Shown: positions 13,334 to 25,443 of the stretch, piece by piece
Layout of the letters: each line of letters begins with the position of its first letter
Numbering within the stretch: the stretch's first letter is position 1
NCBI GenBank assembly: GCA_003971905.1
Contig: RSEE01000031.1
Location: forward strand, 558,001-622,000
DNA from: Moniliella sp. 'wahieum'
Taxonomy: Eukaryota
DNA length: 64,000 nt
Direction: 5' to 3'
Translations under genes and position numbers: made by a program
The notes under the pieces: model-generated
Told to the model about the DNA's origin: nothing
What the model saw: only the letters and a program-made list of their open reading frames with translations
Databases searched by the model: none

Positions 13334-13951
13334 GTGACAGGGCCCCTTCACGCTACCTTGACAGAGTCCTGAGGCTCAGGCCAGAGCGCCCGAGCCGTCG
13401 AATGCGGTCGGGCGTGGGATGTGCTGGCAGGTGCCGGTGGGTGTGCGTGTATGAAACAAATATAGGCCAATACAGAGCGCTACAATGGCACGACGCACTC
13501 GACACTGCCCCGGTGCGGACGGGGCGTGCGGCTGCTGGGCCGAGCCGCTGGGCGTGGCACTGGTCTCCGCACCAAGCTCCCCAGGGCGCTCCTCCGGGGC
13601 ACGGCGCCGCTCGTGAGCGCGCCTCATTCCCAGACCTCAGGCTTCTGCATCACACATCTTTTTGCCTCCTCACCTGTCGTGCACACATGTCGCAGGAGCA
13701 GCGGCTATGAGCTACTAACTACTAGGGCTCGACGGTGTGAAGCCCGCCGGAAGCGAAGGTCGGAGATGCGCAACTGCCCATGCCCATGCTACTCACACGC
13801 ATATGGTGCAATTTCTCCTCTCGGGCATCTCATCTGTTGCTCCTCCTCCGACCCGAAGAGTACGTGGCAGACGCGGCGGTCCATTGCCACGCGTTCCACA
13901 GCGCCCTGTTCGCTATCGTGTCTGCTGGTATGGGGGGCAACCGCCGGACTC

Positions 13952-13981
13952 ATGATGCATGATGCATGATGCATGATGCAT
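13952..13981. repeat. Heptamer tandem repeat (GATGCAT)x4 (copy 2 ~42059-42088)
   Basis: atgatgcatgatgcatgatgcatgatgcat read directly. Confidence 0.95.
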
Positions 13982-14280
13982 CACCATCGGTCACGGTGAC
14001 CCCTCACGGTGAGGCGTGTGAGGCATTTCCTGCCCCTCAGGCCTCGCACCTCACTGGCATGCTTTAAGTATAGCGCGAAAAAAGCTTGGGTGCCACACTG
14101 ACACTGAGAGTTCTGATCACATATAAACCTGACGGGCCTATACGTGCCCAATAACTTTCACAAATGCTATACCCCCTGCGGGATCCCTCTGTGGTCGCAT
14201 ATGTCCCAGGATACATTGCTACCGCCTGTTTAATAGTAACGCGTAACACGAGTACAAAATAGTTTATGCTTCTTTTGAAT

Positions 14281-14409
14281 CCATATCATTGACAGAGCTT
14301 AAGGCTGGGACAGGGGGAACGCTACGTCTAAACCTAAGTGTTCATCTTGGGGGTTACTTGGAAGCGCCACTAAGGTCAAGGAACCAGGGGGATCGCCAGG
14401 ATATCAGGA
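14281..14409 (-). repeat. Left arm of a diverged inverted repeat (partner 15682-15815; copy 2: 42388-42517)
   Basis: ccatatcattgacagagcttaaggctgggac.. matches the reverse complement of ..gtccccagcctcaagctctgtcaatgatgtgg. A second matching block is ggaaccagggggatcgccaggatatcagga. Confidence 0.8.
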
Positions 14410-15545
14410 CCCTCCGGTTCTCGCCATCCGGTCCCGTACCCTAGGAAGCGCGCGTGGACACGGATGAACGTGGTTGACATCCGAGCGAGGAACCATTTCC
14501 ACTGAGACTTAGTAGCCAACTCCTTCCAATGCGCAAACAACTTGCCCGCTGTCTTGGTGCCGTAGTATCCTCGCGTCGTCAAAACCAGGGGGAAAAACGG
14601 CTCTTGAGTGCGTCCCTGGTACTTGGCGTTCTTGTCGCATTCTGCTTGTTCAAGCAGCTTCTTTCATAAATATGCACAGCCGAAGTTTACAAGACGATGC
14701 GTTCTTCCCGGCCGGTGTGCCCCGTGGACGTCTATCATATATCACCGATCGCCTCCGAAATCGAACATCCGCCCATCACGCGTTCAATGCGTTCGCGCTC
14801 TCAGAGATGAGCCTCATCCTTGTCATCCTTCTCTTGTGCACGTATTGCAGTTCGCCACTGCATCATCCGCGCTGTGGGGCGGGTTCTGCGTTTTACATTC
14901 AAGGTTTCAACCGGACACGCTCGATGGCTTCGTCTCTTCGGCTTCGTCCAACAGTGAAAACACCCACCGTGGTGCCCTCCCTTTAACAATGTCATTTTCA
15001 GAGCACATCCAGTCGAGTAGAGCCGAAACCATAGAGCGAGCCAGGGAAAAGGGCAGAAAACAAAACTACACAGCCAAGTGTGCGTGATTAATGGACGATA
15101 GTTGATGCCGAGGCAGTCCCAAAGCCCTCCCTGAGCCTGAGGCCTGAGGGAAAGAGCAAACAATACTGGGCCCGAACACAAAATCCCAGAGGAAAAGGGA
15201 CGAAAGGTTGGAGAGCGAAGAGTAACTGTCACATGTCACTAATGGCTAGTAAAACTAAAGCTTGAAGCAAATAATGCCAAGGCCTAAAGTAAGGTGTGTG
15301 AGATGCGTGACTCGTGAGGCGCAGAGAATCAGATGTTTTGAAGCGAGGGTCGGTGTGTCTGGGATGCATGTGATGCTCGCTTCGCCTCGTGCCGGAATCC
15401 CTATCTCCCCGCATTGCATATTGAACGTTGAACGTTGAACATTGATCGGTGAGCGGTGAACGTTGAACAGCAAACAGTGACTCTCCCTTTAGTACATGCC
15501 GCAACACATATGCCCTCCATTTGTATGGCTCCAGTATAATCATGC

Positions 15546-15574
15546 AGGCCTTAGGCCTTAGGTCTTAGGCCTTA
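15546..15574. repeat. Heptamer tandem repeat (AGGCCTT)x4, one unit imperfect
   Basis: aggccttaggccttaggtcttaggcctta read directly. Confidence 0.9.
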
Positions 15575-15681
15575 TTATATGACCTAAGGCTTAGACCAGA
15601 ACCACCACCACCACAGCGATTACATTGCTCTACACTTCCAGAGGGTTTCCCCCCAAATCCTTGGGTTCCTCCGGTCTTACA

Positions 15682-15815
15682 TCCTGATTTTCTGGCGATT
15701 CCCCTTGTTCCCTAAAGGGGGTTAGTGCTAACGCGCAACATACACGCCGGATGAACGGGTCCGTTGAGGCGCAGCGTTCCTTTGTCCCCAGCCTCAAGCT
15801 CTGTCAATGATGTGG
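15682..15815 (+). repeat. Right arm of the diverged inverted repeat (copy 2: 43788-43921)
   Basis: tcctgattttctggcgattccccttgttccctaa ... gcagcgttcctttgtccccagcctcaagctctgtcaatgatgtgg is the diverged reverse complement of 14281-14409. Confidence 0.8.
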
Positions 15816-18800
15816 TTACAATATAGGAGTTAATGGACGCGATAGAGGAGTTTTTTAGCACGCACTTAATATGGTACACCTGCTCTTTTCACAAGCTTCA
15901 AGCTTCAATAAGCTTTAGGCCTCAGGCTGCCTGAGGGTTATAGCCTCAAGTTCAAACCGCCACTCGTACTCATGCACTCATGCTTCATGAGCATGCGGGT
16001 CCACCTCGTCACGACACGAATGCCTCAGGTTCGTTCATACATCTAGCATTTGGGCTTTCGTTGGATTCCATGCCTGATTGTCTAGCTGGCTTGCATCGCA
16101 GCCCCGCATATGGCCATGGCGATTGGCTAACTTGTTGATCATCTAGCCATTCTGGTATACTATCCTTCCTTAAATCACTAGTCACTATAGAGTTGTCACT
16201 ATTATTACGCGGTACACATAGTTACTACATCCAGGTTAGTCTCTTAAAGCTTAACGCCAGAAAAAGGGATGCACCTCTGAGTCTGGGGCTCCGTCAAAGT
16301 TATTTGATGGGGTTCAAGTGCCTTCGTTTTCATGTCCGTTGTGGTCATACGCATACAGTTGTGTTCGATCGACGTTTTTCGTACCCATATATACATACCC
16401 GCTCCGCCCGGCAAAGTACCCATCCATACATGAGAAGGGACATTATTGACCGAACAGATCAACTTTTCAGCAGTACTTACACTTGGCCCGCCCTGGGCCT
16501 GAGAGAGGTTGATGGCCACACCGTGTACCACCTCCCAGCCTGGATGATTGTCACCTTGGGGGTATTTGCAGCGATATTATCTCTTGGTAAGCCTGTCACT
16601 CCGGCCATAGTAGTAGGGCCGGAACGAGGGCGTGTGCGCAATATGTTGGCCGAGAAGTCTTATCTCCTTGCCTGTTTGAAGAAGGGTCGCAATGTCACAT
16701 GTCCATGTCACCAGAAGAGATGATGTTCGAGAGGTTTATCATTAACGCGGTTCTCTTATAAGAGGCACCGACTCAGGCAAATCAGTGTAGCAATACATAC
16801 TGATACCAGCCGGGGCACGTTCTCTCGAAAGCTGCCGCTGTTGGACTCAAAAAAAGGGGACAACAGTTTATTCATGACAGGCTGGGCAACAGAATCGAGT
16901 GAAGCGCGTGCGGTGTGGTTGTACTTCTTCCATGCGGGAGAAGTATTATATATTAGCGAGCGCTGACAAGGGGATGGAACCAACCAGGGCCGAAGTGGCC
17001 CAGGACACCACATGGACAAAAGCCGAGATGTGTGCTGCTGCCCTTCAGAGGCGGGACCGACGACGCGATATGTCGGCGGAGCGTCCAAGGATTGTGGTCC
17101 TATAAAACGGTAACTCCGTATATAATACACCAAAAATATTATCGTCTTGGTAAACGAAGCGCTGGCCAAATCGTGCGGGCTCGATAAGGCGCAGCAGTGA
17201 GACGGTGGTGCCACCGGAGAGGCAAGAGCCAAAACACGGACCGAGTAGATATAACAGAGCGGGGCAAAACGCTGATCTGCGTCCTGCTGCAGCGTGGGAG
17301 TGATCCAGCACATTCGCAACGATCAATGGGGGATTTTTCAACATCCGACACGGTTGAAGACGTTGAAGAGTCTGTATGTTTCAGGTGCTCATTCTGTAGG
17401 TCAGCACTTTCATCACTTCAGTGGTGGGCAAAAATATAGAGTGCGTGTCACGGGCGAAGACGGGCTAGCAAGCCCGCCAGCGCTGTTATCCAATTCTACG
17501 TATATCCGTGCGGCATCTCAGTATAGTCGCCTCTCTTTCCCATGTGAATTGGTAGCCACCGCGTGGCCACCCAATTGCCAGTACCATTGGCGTCTCCCCC
17601 TACTCTCCTCGCCAATTTGAACAACCCAGTACGAGCAACTTCTTAGTTGCTCCTCCGATTCCCGTCCTCGTCCTACAGCTCCCGTCTTCAGCTCTCCATC
17701 CCTCAGACAAAACCTAGTTCCCGTGGGCCTCCCAGGTGCCACGTCGTTGCCGGCTGTTTCATTAAGTGAGAGGTGAGGTCTTACTGATGGTTTTACAGGT
17801 CAAGCAGGGTGCTGGCGACAAGGCTAGGCCGCTTGGCGGATGTGCTCTCGCTGCCGTTCACAATACCACGGTGGTATATTTGTCGGTGCCGATGGACATA
17901 ATATAGGACGAGCAGGGGTAGTAGTGGTAAAGCACAGAACAGAAGGATGGTCTGTTTTGATGCGTTGATTGGAGACGGGGACACATCACCCACTCACAAC
18001 CTTCCATATAGTCCCATGTCTCCCGCGCCCTCGGACATCTCTATCCCTACTTCGCCCATCCCCAACGCCCCCCGCCTATGTCCGCCAGTTCACACACCGA
18101 ACACCTTCGTCACACGGGCGTCTCGACTTCTATATATCTGGAGGATGCCTTGCATAATAGGTCGGCGTAGGACCCTTCACCCAACCCCCGGTGGCTACAG
18201 CCTCCCATGCGGGCTTCCTCCCACAGCCACGACTTGTCTGGGTGGGCGCGTGAGGTGGTCCTTTCCATTCCCTATACTTCTTTGCCCCAGTTGGCTCTCG
18301 GCGGCGATCGACACAAACACCCTTATATAACCGCGAAACTATTCAGGCTCTCATTCTGTATATCCTCTCGTTCCCACAACTCTATGACCACACTATCACC
18401 GGCAAAAGAAGAGATCCGTAGGCACTTCTCGGTGAGACCTGGGTGTATACCTCTGCAGAAGTCTGCCCTTCTCGGGGAGGCCCCTCCCTGATACCCCTAC
18501 CCTGCTTTCACGTGCACCGTCGCTACCTGCTGCCCCACTAAGAATGGAGGCAAGCCCTGCGGACGCCCCGCCTACACCGGCAGCAGTACAACCTTACCCC
18601 CCCAGAGAGTTCGCTGATGCAGTACTTCCCCTATACCGGGCAAATAATGACGCCTCCGTTATAGCAGAGCCCGACATTTACCCTCCACACCGTCTGCCTC
18701 TTAGCGCCCTCTCACCAGGAGAGCACGTCCTCCGCGGATGCTGCCAGCTCCCCAGCAGTCTCACATTCCCGTCACTTTCCCACCCCCCCCCTAACCGCAC

Positions 18801-19336
18801 TTTTGAGGACCTCACATTTCCTGCCGCTACCTCCCACAAGTCTCGTCGCCCAACTCGGGTGTTCACGTTCCCCTCCTATCCCCAATGAAACCGCTTTGGC
18901 GTCTTTGGAAACTAGTGCCCCGGTGTCTCTCCTTCATCATTCCTCCTATTACGATCAAAGTACAAAATTGCTTCGTCCTTTTGATGCACCGCAAGCCCGC
19001 TGATCCAAACAATCGAGCCACTCTCGATAGCAGCGATTGCCTCGTCAACGCCACAAGGTTAGCTTTGTGTGGACCATATGTATACCAACAGGGCCGCGAG
19101 TTTGGTTCCATACTCCCCATGGCTCTCTCATCGATCTCATCCCCCCCTCTCGGCATTCGGCACCATAAGGCGACCGATGATAATGATGCAGCAGGCGCAC
19201 GCGCACGTGCCCCTGTGTCAGATGCCAGACAGAGCTCAAGACCGCTGGCAAAACCGGTCGGGGAGGGTGGATCATGCATCTTGGCTCGAGACAAGGCGGA
19301 AGTCTGCCGGAGAATTGAGAAGATCTGAACCTCTGT

Positions 19337-19378
19337 GAGATCTGAGCGATCTGAGATCTGAGCGATCTGAGATCTGAG
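19337..19378. repeat. GAGATCT/GCGATCT tandem repeat upstream of the arrestin-like gene
   Basis: gagatctgagcgatctgagatctgagcgatctgagatctgag read directly. Confidence 0.9.
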
Positions 19379-19760
19379 CCGGCCAAGGTTCAACGTTCAA
19401 GCTCTGATTAGATTAACGCTTAGCCTAAGCACTTAGCAGCCGGAAGGCGCTGCTTCGATTGGGGAATTGAAACATGAATGTTGCCAGCGGATATTGGCGG
19501 CACCGCATGGAGATTGAAATGGGAAACGCACGTGCGAGGCGCCGTGCACGTGACTGCGCAGCAGCGCAGCCTGGGCTGTCGTCAGTCGCTGCGAGTCGCC
19601 GACGCCCGCCAAGAGCCCGCTCACCGGTCACCCCCGCCCTCGCCGCCGCCACCGCCGCCACAACCACACCACACCACCACCACCATCGCCCGGGCCTCAT
19701 CCACCCCCTCGTCGCGTGCCTCCGCTGGCAATCGCTCCTGCTCCAGCCTCCGTTGCTGGG

Positions 19761-22700
19761 ATGTCCTCCCCATCCATGCCCATTCCGTCCGGACCCTTGG
19801 GGAGGTCCGCCCCCAGCCTCGCACCCCTTGAGGCCGGTGATTCGATTCTCAGCGTCACCCCACCTCGACGCGGCCTCCTTCCAGGACGGATGGCTGGGCG
19901 TGCCCGACACAAGTGCCTTTGTCCGCGGTGATGTGCTGGCCAAGTTGGACGAGCGCATTTATGCTGCATTTGACCTGCTCCAGGTCCGCATCCACCTGCA
20001 CGCACTCGAACGCACCCCCAGTTCCCATGCTGTTTGTACTCCGCCTCCCTCCCGCTCTGGACCCTCCCGATCCAGAAACGCAGCTTGCTTCCCCTACCAC
20101 ACCGCAAGGGCAACAGCAGCAGCAGCAGCAGCAGCATCCCCACACACGCCTCCCGAGCTCGATGCCCTTTGAGTTCCGTATGACGCCCGACCTACCCCAA
20201 TGTGTCCATCTGCCGTCCTCGGGTGTGCGCTACGTCCTTACGGCCGAGCTACTTGTCGCCCCAAAGCAACCATCTCAGCCGTTTTCCTGGCAGATGCGCA
20301 AGGTCGTTTCCTCCGTACCCGTGCATCTCACACGGTACATGCCTCCTGGACCGCTCTCACGCCTACTCTCACCGGCCCAGGTGCCGGCCCAGGCACAAGG
20401 CCGGCCACCCGCCTACTCTGATGAGCCCTCACTCCCCAATTGCCGCGGGTCTTCCACCTCATTCGCCACTGCGGCAGCAGCTTCCTCCAGCGACCGGCTT
20501 GGAGCAGATTCAGCATTGGACCCCTCCCTGGGTGCTGCCGGCACAATTCATGTGCCTCCTGGATACGGTCTGGCACCCCACGCCTGGTCCGCCCGCTATC
20601 CTACCGTCGTACATGCCCAATTGGCTCGCACCCTTTTTCGCCGCGGCGAGCCTATGCGTATCAACGTATTAATTCCTCCCCCGCCCCAGGGGTTGGCTAC
20701 GGAGAAGGGCATGTCTCTCCGCTCGGTCGAAGCCCGACTAGTGCGGGTCATCACGGCGACAGAGCCACCTAAGGAGGAAGATGCTACGGGCACTGCTTCT
20801 CATTCTGTCGCAGGACCCAGGCCGGTGCCTGCCCCCCCCGCTTCATTAGCAACCCATGCGTCTGGCTCAGGCTTGGCTTCTCCAGCTCATCCCGTCCTTT
20901 TGGCGAGAGAGAAACAGACAGTGTACGAGGCACAGCTCTCCTACTCGGGCAAGTTGGCCCGCTTTAATTCGTCCCGGGCCATCGTCTTGCGTCTGGCGCT
21001 CCATTCGCCCTACAACATTGCTTGCCCCCCCGCCCCGAGTGCAGAGATTGATCGTGCTCTGTACGATGTGCGCGTTTCATCTGGCGCTCCAAACAGGGGG
21101 AATACCGCCGTTCCTGTTCCGTCCCAGCCGGGTGGCACTTGGTCCGAGACAGAAGCCGAAGCCAATGCTGCTGCCTTGGTAGACGCAGATGTGGCACACG
21201 ATCATCAGAGGGAAGGCACAGCGTGTGCAAGCATTAGCCAAGAAACCTCTTTCACAAGGTGGAGTACGAAGTTCGGGTGCGCATTGTTCTCTCCTCCACA
21301 CGATCCTACTCTCGCTCCCCTCACCGTCCCACGAGGCCGAAGCGAGCTTCATGGACGAGACCAAGGGACATGGTTCTTCTCACGTTGGGCATTCGGCTGC
21401 GCCCAGCACGTCGGAGGCGAAATTGCCTGTTCAACCTGCTCCACCACGGTCTCCGCCCCGTGCTGCCGGTGCATCGGAAGATCGACCACGAGATGTTCAC
21501 ATCCGCTTCTCGCGCAAAGTATTTGTTCTCCCCGGCATACCTCCCGAGGCAGCAATCGGACTTAACTCCGATGGTGACCCGTTGTGGACCGAAGACTTTG
21601 TCGATGCAAGTGAGCTTCATGGCGATGCTGAAGGGGCGATGACACTCGACCAACGCGAGGGGAGTGCGGCAGACCCCGGTGTTGCCCACACCCTTCACAG
21701 CGTACGTGCTGAAAAGATGCGCGCGGCCGAAGCGCTGACTGGGGGCGGAGACGATGCTGAAGCGGCCGGTTCGGGCCATGGAGGCAGTGTGTTCGAAGGG
21801 TTTGACCAGTTGGAGGAATTTGACGGGTACGAAGATAGCATCATCTACGATGAAGGTGGTGCCAGCTCCAGTGCGCCTGGACTGGAACAACGGGCGGTTG
21901 CCACGGGAGGGGATACTCTGTCGGCACCGGCCTTGGAACCGACCCTGCCTTGCCACCCCCGGCGATCTCGACTCCCGATCCCCCAACTGCATGGGATGCT
22001 CCTCCTTCCGAGGAAGCCCCACCCCCTGTAGGGGCAGATGACGATCTTAATGAGTTTGAATTACGGATGGGCATGGAAATTGGTCGTCGGATCGCTGCGA
22101 TTGGGGCTGAGCGGCCGGTGCCGCAATGGACCACTGGAGACGAAGATGATGACTTGCGTCCGCCTCCAGGCGAACCACCTGAAGAGCAAGAGATTGATGC
22201 GGATGCCCATGCAGTTCTTGCTGGTGCTCGGGCAGAGAATCCCCCGCCTTCCATGCCTCTGCAGCCTCCTGCTTGGACAGCTGCGCCCGAAGACGCCCAC
22301 GTCACCATCGCCCCTCAAATGGAGACTGGCGAAGATGGTGCAAGCGAGCAGGACGATTCTTCATGGGATGCCCCTCCCGCCTCAGCTCCACCTCCTGATG
22401 AGAATCACCCAGATCCCGGGGCTTCGATTAGCAGCGGCTGCTCGCCAGATGAACTTGAACCCCACCCTGCTGGGTCAAGTTAGGACGCGATCGTCGGGTA
22501 CCCGCCTACATTCCGAGCCACCTCCCAGTTTCGGGGACGCGACCGCCCCGGATGCCCCTCTTCCTCCTCCACAGGACTTTGCCTACGCCTATTCTTCCAA
22601 TTCTTCAAGCCGCCGCCCTTCGGCTCATAGCGTCCACCCTGTACTTGTCCACGGCCTCCTCCGCAGCTTGCATTCATCGTCGGTCGGCATGGGAGGGCCG

Positions 22701-22937
22701 AGCCTTGAGACGGGGCATGCTCCACCCCCACCACCGTACCATGGGTCCCATGAGCACGATGATGAACATGGGCTGGAAGACCCCCACCATTCGACCCAAC
22801 CACCTTCGTATTCGGCTGCAAGAGGGCTTGTGTCGCTTCGCAGAGCGTCGCCGGCGTCCGATTCTAGGGGAGCCCCGCCCCTGCCTGCCTCGGACGATCA
22901 AGAGCTGCCCACTTATGCCGAGTACGATCGACACTGA
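19761..22937 (+). CDS. Arrestin-like protein with polyQ and several PY motifs (probable Rsp5/Nedd4 adaptor), copy 1, frameshifted
   Basis: Beta-strand pattern typical of the arrestin fold (FVRGDVLAKL..., LPSSMPFEFRMTPDLPQCVHLPSSGVRYVLTAEL, VHAQLARTLFRRGEPMRINVLIP). Motifs PPAY, PPPY, PPSY and LPTY. Stop at 22935-22937. Confidence 0.7.
20111..20134 (+). repeat. CAG microsatellite encoding polyQ (8 Q; 10 Q in copy 2 at ~48229-48258)
   Basis: caa(cag)7 in copy 1 versus caa(cag)9 in copy 2. Confidence 0.95.
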
Positions 22938-23167
22938 CACTGACACTACCTTTCGGATTTCCCCTTTCATCTATCCTGCATCCTACCTAGCCTCATGTGT
23001 TCCTTTGCCGCCGGACGCTCGTTCCACTTTCTATATGCATACCATTCAAGGGTAATTCCCACCCACATTGTGCTCAGCCGGTAGCCTGCCAGTACCCAAT
23101 CCCGAGGTCGTTTCGCCACCGACCATAGCGAATGCAATGCGGCATAGAGCCCGGGGTCCAAAAGGAC

Positions 23168-24261
23168 TTAGGGAAGCGAAGGGAAAAGTTGTTGGAGCAG
23201 CAAGATGGTGTCCTCGGGGCAAGTGACTGAGTGACCTTGAGTCCGCTCGTCCTCGAAGATCTCATGGTCGTTACCACCCTAATTGGAGAAGAAAGACAGG
23301 TTAGAGGATGTTGTGCGTACATCGTGTGGAACGGGGGGGGTGGGGTGGTGGGTAGCGGGGGAGAAGGGACGTACAGCATAGGTTTTGTCACCAAAGAAGT
23401 GGATCTCGTCCCAATCCCAGCGTGGTGCACCGGCGGCGGCCGCCACAGCCGCAGCCTCGGCCTTGGCGTCCGCAACGAGCTCTGTGGTGGCCTCCTCGGA
23501 CTTCTCTAGCGCTTGGATTTGGGCATACTCTTCCTCCAGACGCTGGAGGGCGTAACGCTTGTCCCACCCGTCGGGGAACACATCAAAGCTGATCTGCCGC
23601 CAATGGCGAAGCGCAGCCCAAAGTCCTTAAACTGGGTTTGAAGCGCCTTGACAAACTGAGCACGGATCGTGTATCTGTCGTACGCCTCAAAGTCGTGACG
23701 CTCTTGCACAGACGCATTACGCCCAATGGGACTAATGTTGACATGCCCTTGCGGAACTCGACAAACGTGCCACGCATCACGGGCAGGTCCAGTTCAGAGA
23801 TGTACCGCAGCACAAACTTGACCAACTGCTTGTACCGATCCCCCCGAGCCAGGAGATGAAGCTAACCGGCGCGAACTGGGTGGTGGGGCGGGTCGGCGCG
23901 GCGGTGGTAGTAGAACGTACTGGCGTAGCCGCCGCTGGACCGACACTGTCCTCGTCCGGCCCAAGAGGCAGTACAGTGCGGGGGGTGGTGCCGCCCATGC
24001 CGTCAATCCATTCTCGGCAAACCCATAGTCAAACACTTCCTCCATCTTGGGGCCACCAGGCACCTCGAGCTGCTCCCGAATCTTGTTCATGTCGCTTCCG
24101 CCGACAAAGCCCACGTGGTGCCGGTGGTATTGCGGAGACGCTGAAGCTCGGTGAGCATGTCAGGCTTGATGCCCTGGCGCGCAAGCGTGAGCGTGCCATC
24201 CATCGAAGAGGACGATGCGGCGAGTGTGGCGACGGGCCTGCAGGTCAGAAGGGGCCGACAT
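23168..24261 (-). CDS. SEC53: Phosphomannomutase (eukaryotic PMM, HAD-IIB), copy 1, frameshifted
   Basis: [31 protein letters not shown] and EIHFFGDKT. Intron 23279-23374, then last exon [24 protein letters not shown]...*. Confidence 0.93.
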
Positions 24262-25443
24262 AGGAAGAGACGGGAGGGGAGGGGAGGGGATGGAAAGATG
24301 AAGGAAGCAAGTGCGGACGGCTCCAGACAGCCACCTCATTAAAACGCAAAGATGGCTCCAATGCCAGTCGACTGGCCACGTGTACGCCCTCCACGTCGCC
24401 CTTCCATGTTGGTCACTCTAATCACTGTCCCGTGAACGCGTGAACATTGCAAAGTGCCACGTCAAGCAAGGCATCATGCATTGTTGATTGTTTCGGTGAT
24501 CGATCCGCGATCGTCCCCCCCAGTTTCCCCTTTCTGGGCCAAGGCAACCTCGGATACCTACTTGGAGGGGTTGGTTGGACGATGTTGAACAGCTTCAACA
24601 TTGAGGGGTGCCAAAGCACATTGGACGACCGAACCTGAAAAAAAAGAGGGACGCGAGGGGTGCGGGGCAGTATAGCCGCGCACGATAATAAATGGTCGAA
24701 AATTAAGTGTCTGTCTTAGCTTGAGGGAAGAGAGGGTTCTGATACTTAGAGCTGATGTGCTGATGCTTGAAGCTTGAAGCTCTTGAAGGAGAGGCATATG
24801 CCTAAAACGGAGAGATGCGCGACGTCGTGCCTCCAGACCTTTCTGATCCGTGGCTCAGTGGAGATAGGGCCAGGGAGCTGATTCCAGCTAGGTAATACTG
24901 CCCGAGTGTCTTCACGGAGACTGTTGGTAGAGAAATGGATATTGAACCTACTACAATTCCCATCTGACTATGAGTCCGCCTCTGAGTCAGGGCCAGTAGA
25001 TGAGAAAAAAAGAAAAATATCAGACTGGGGGTAAGTAAACGATAAGGACTCCCACGATAAGGATGGAACAGGGTAATCACAGGGAGACAAGGCTATAGCC
25101 GCCTTCCCCAACGTACATGGATGACCGAGGCAAGGAAAAGGGAAAGGCTGAAGGGATAAAATGGGAGAGGGGGTGGTGAAAGGGGGGGAGGGGCGAGGGG
25201 TGGAGGCATGGGGCCGACGGAAGAAGAGTCGTAGTAGGGGAGCAGGTCACGTGGAAATAAGGTATCAGACGATTGTGGCAGCCCCATGCCAAGTGAGGGC
25301 AACTTGTTCCCTGTCGCTAGAGGGGAGAGGGTGGGAAGGGTGGAGGGATAGTAACGAAAGGCTTGCCCATGAACCCTCCCGAGTCACGGACCAGAAATGA
25401 GAGGGAGGGAACCGAAGATGAGAAACAGGAGGGCGGATGGATA

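Noticed and set aside
14281..14378. Conserved block after a TGA considered as a SECIS element with selenocysteine readthrough
   Set aside because: The partner arm has TAA at the same position, I see no convincing SECIS stem, and Dikarya are not known to use selenocysteine.
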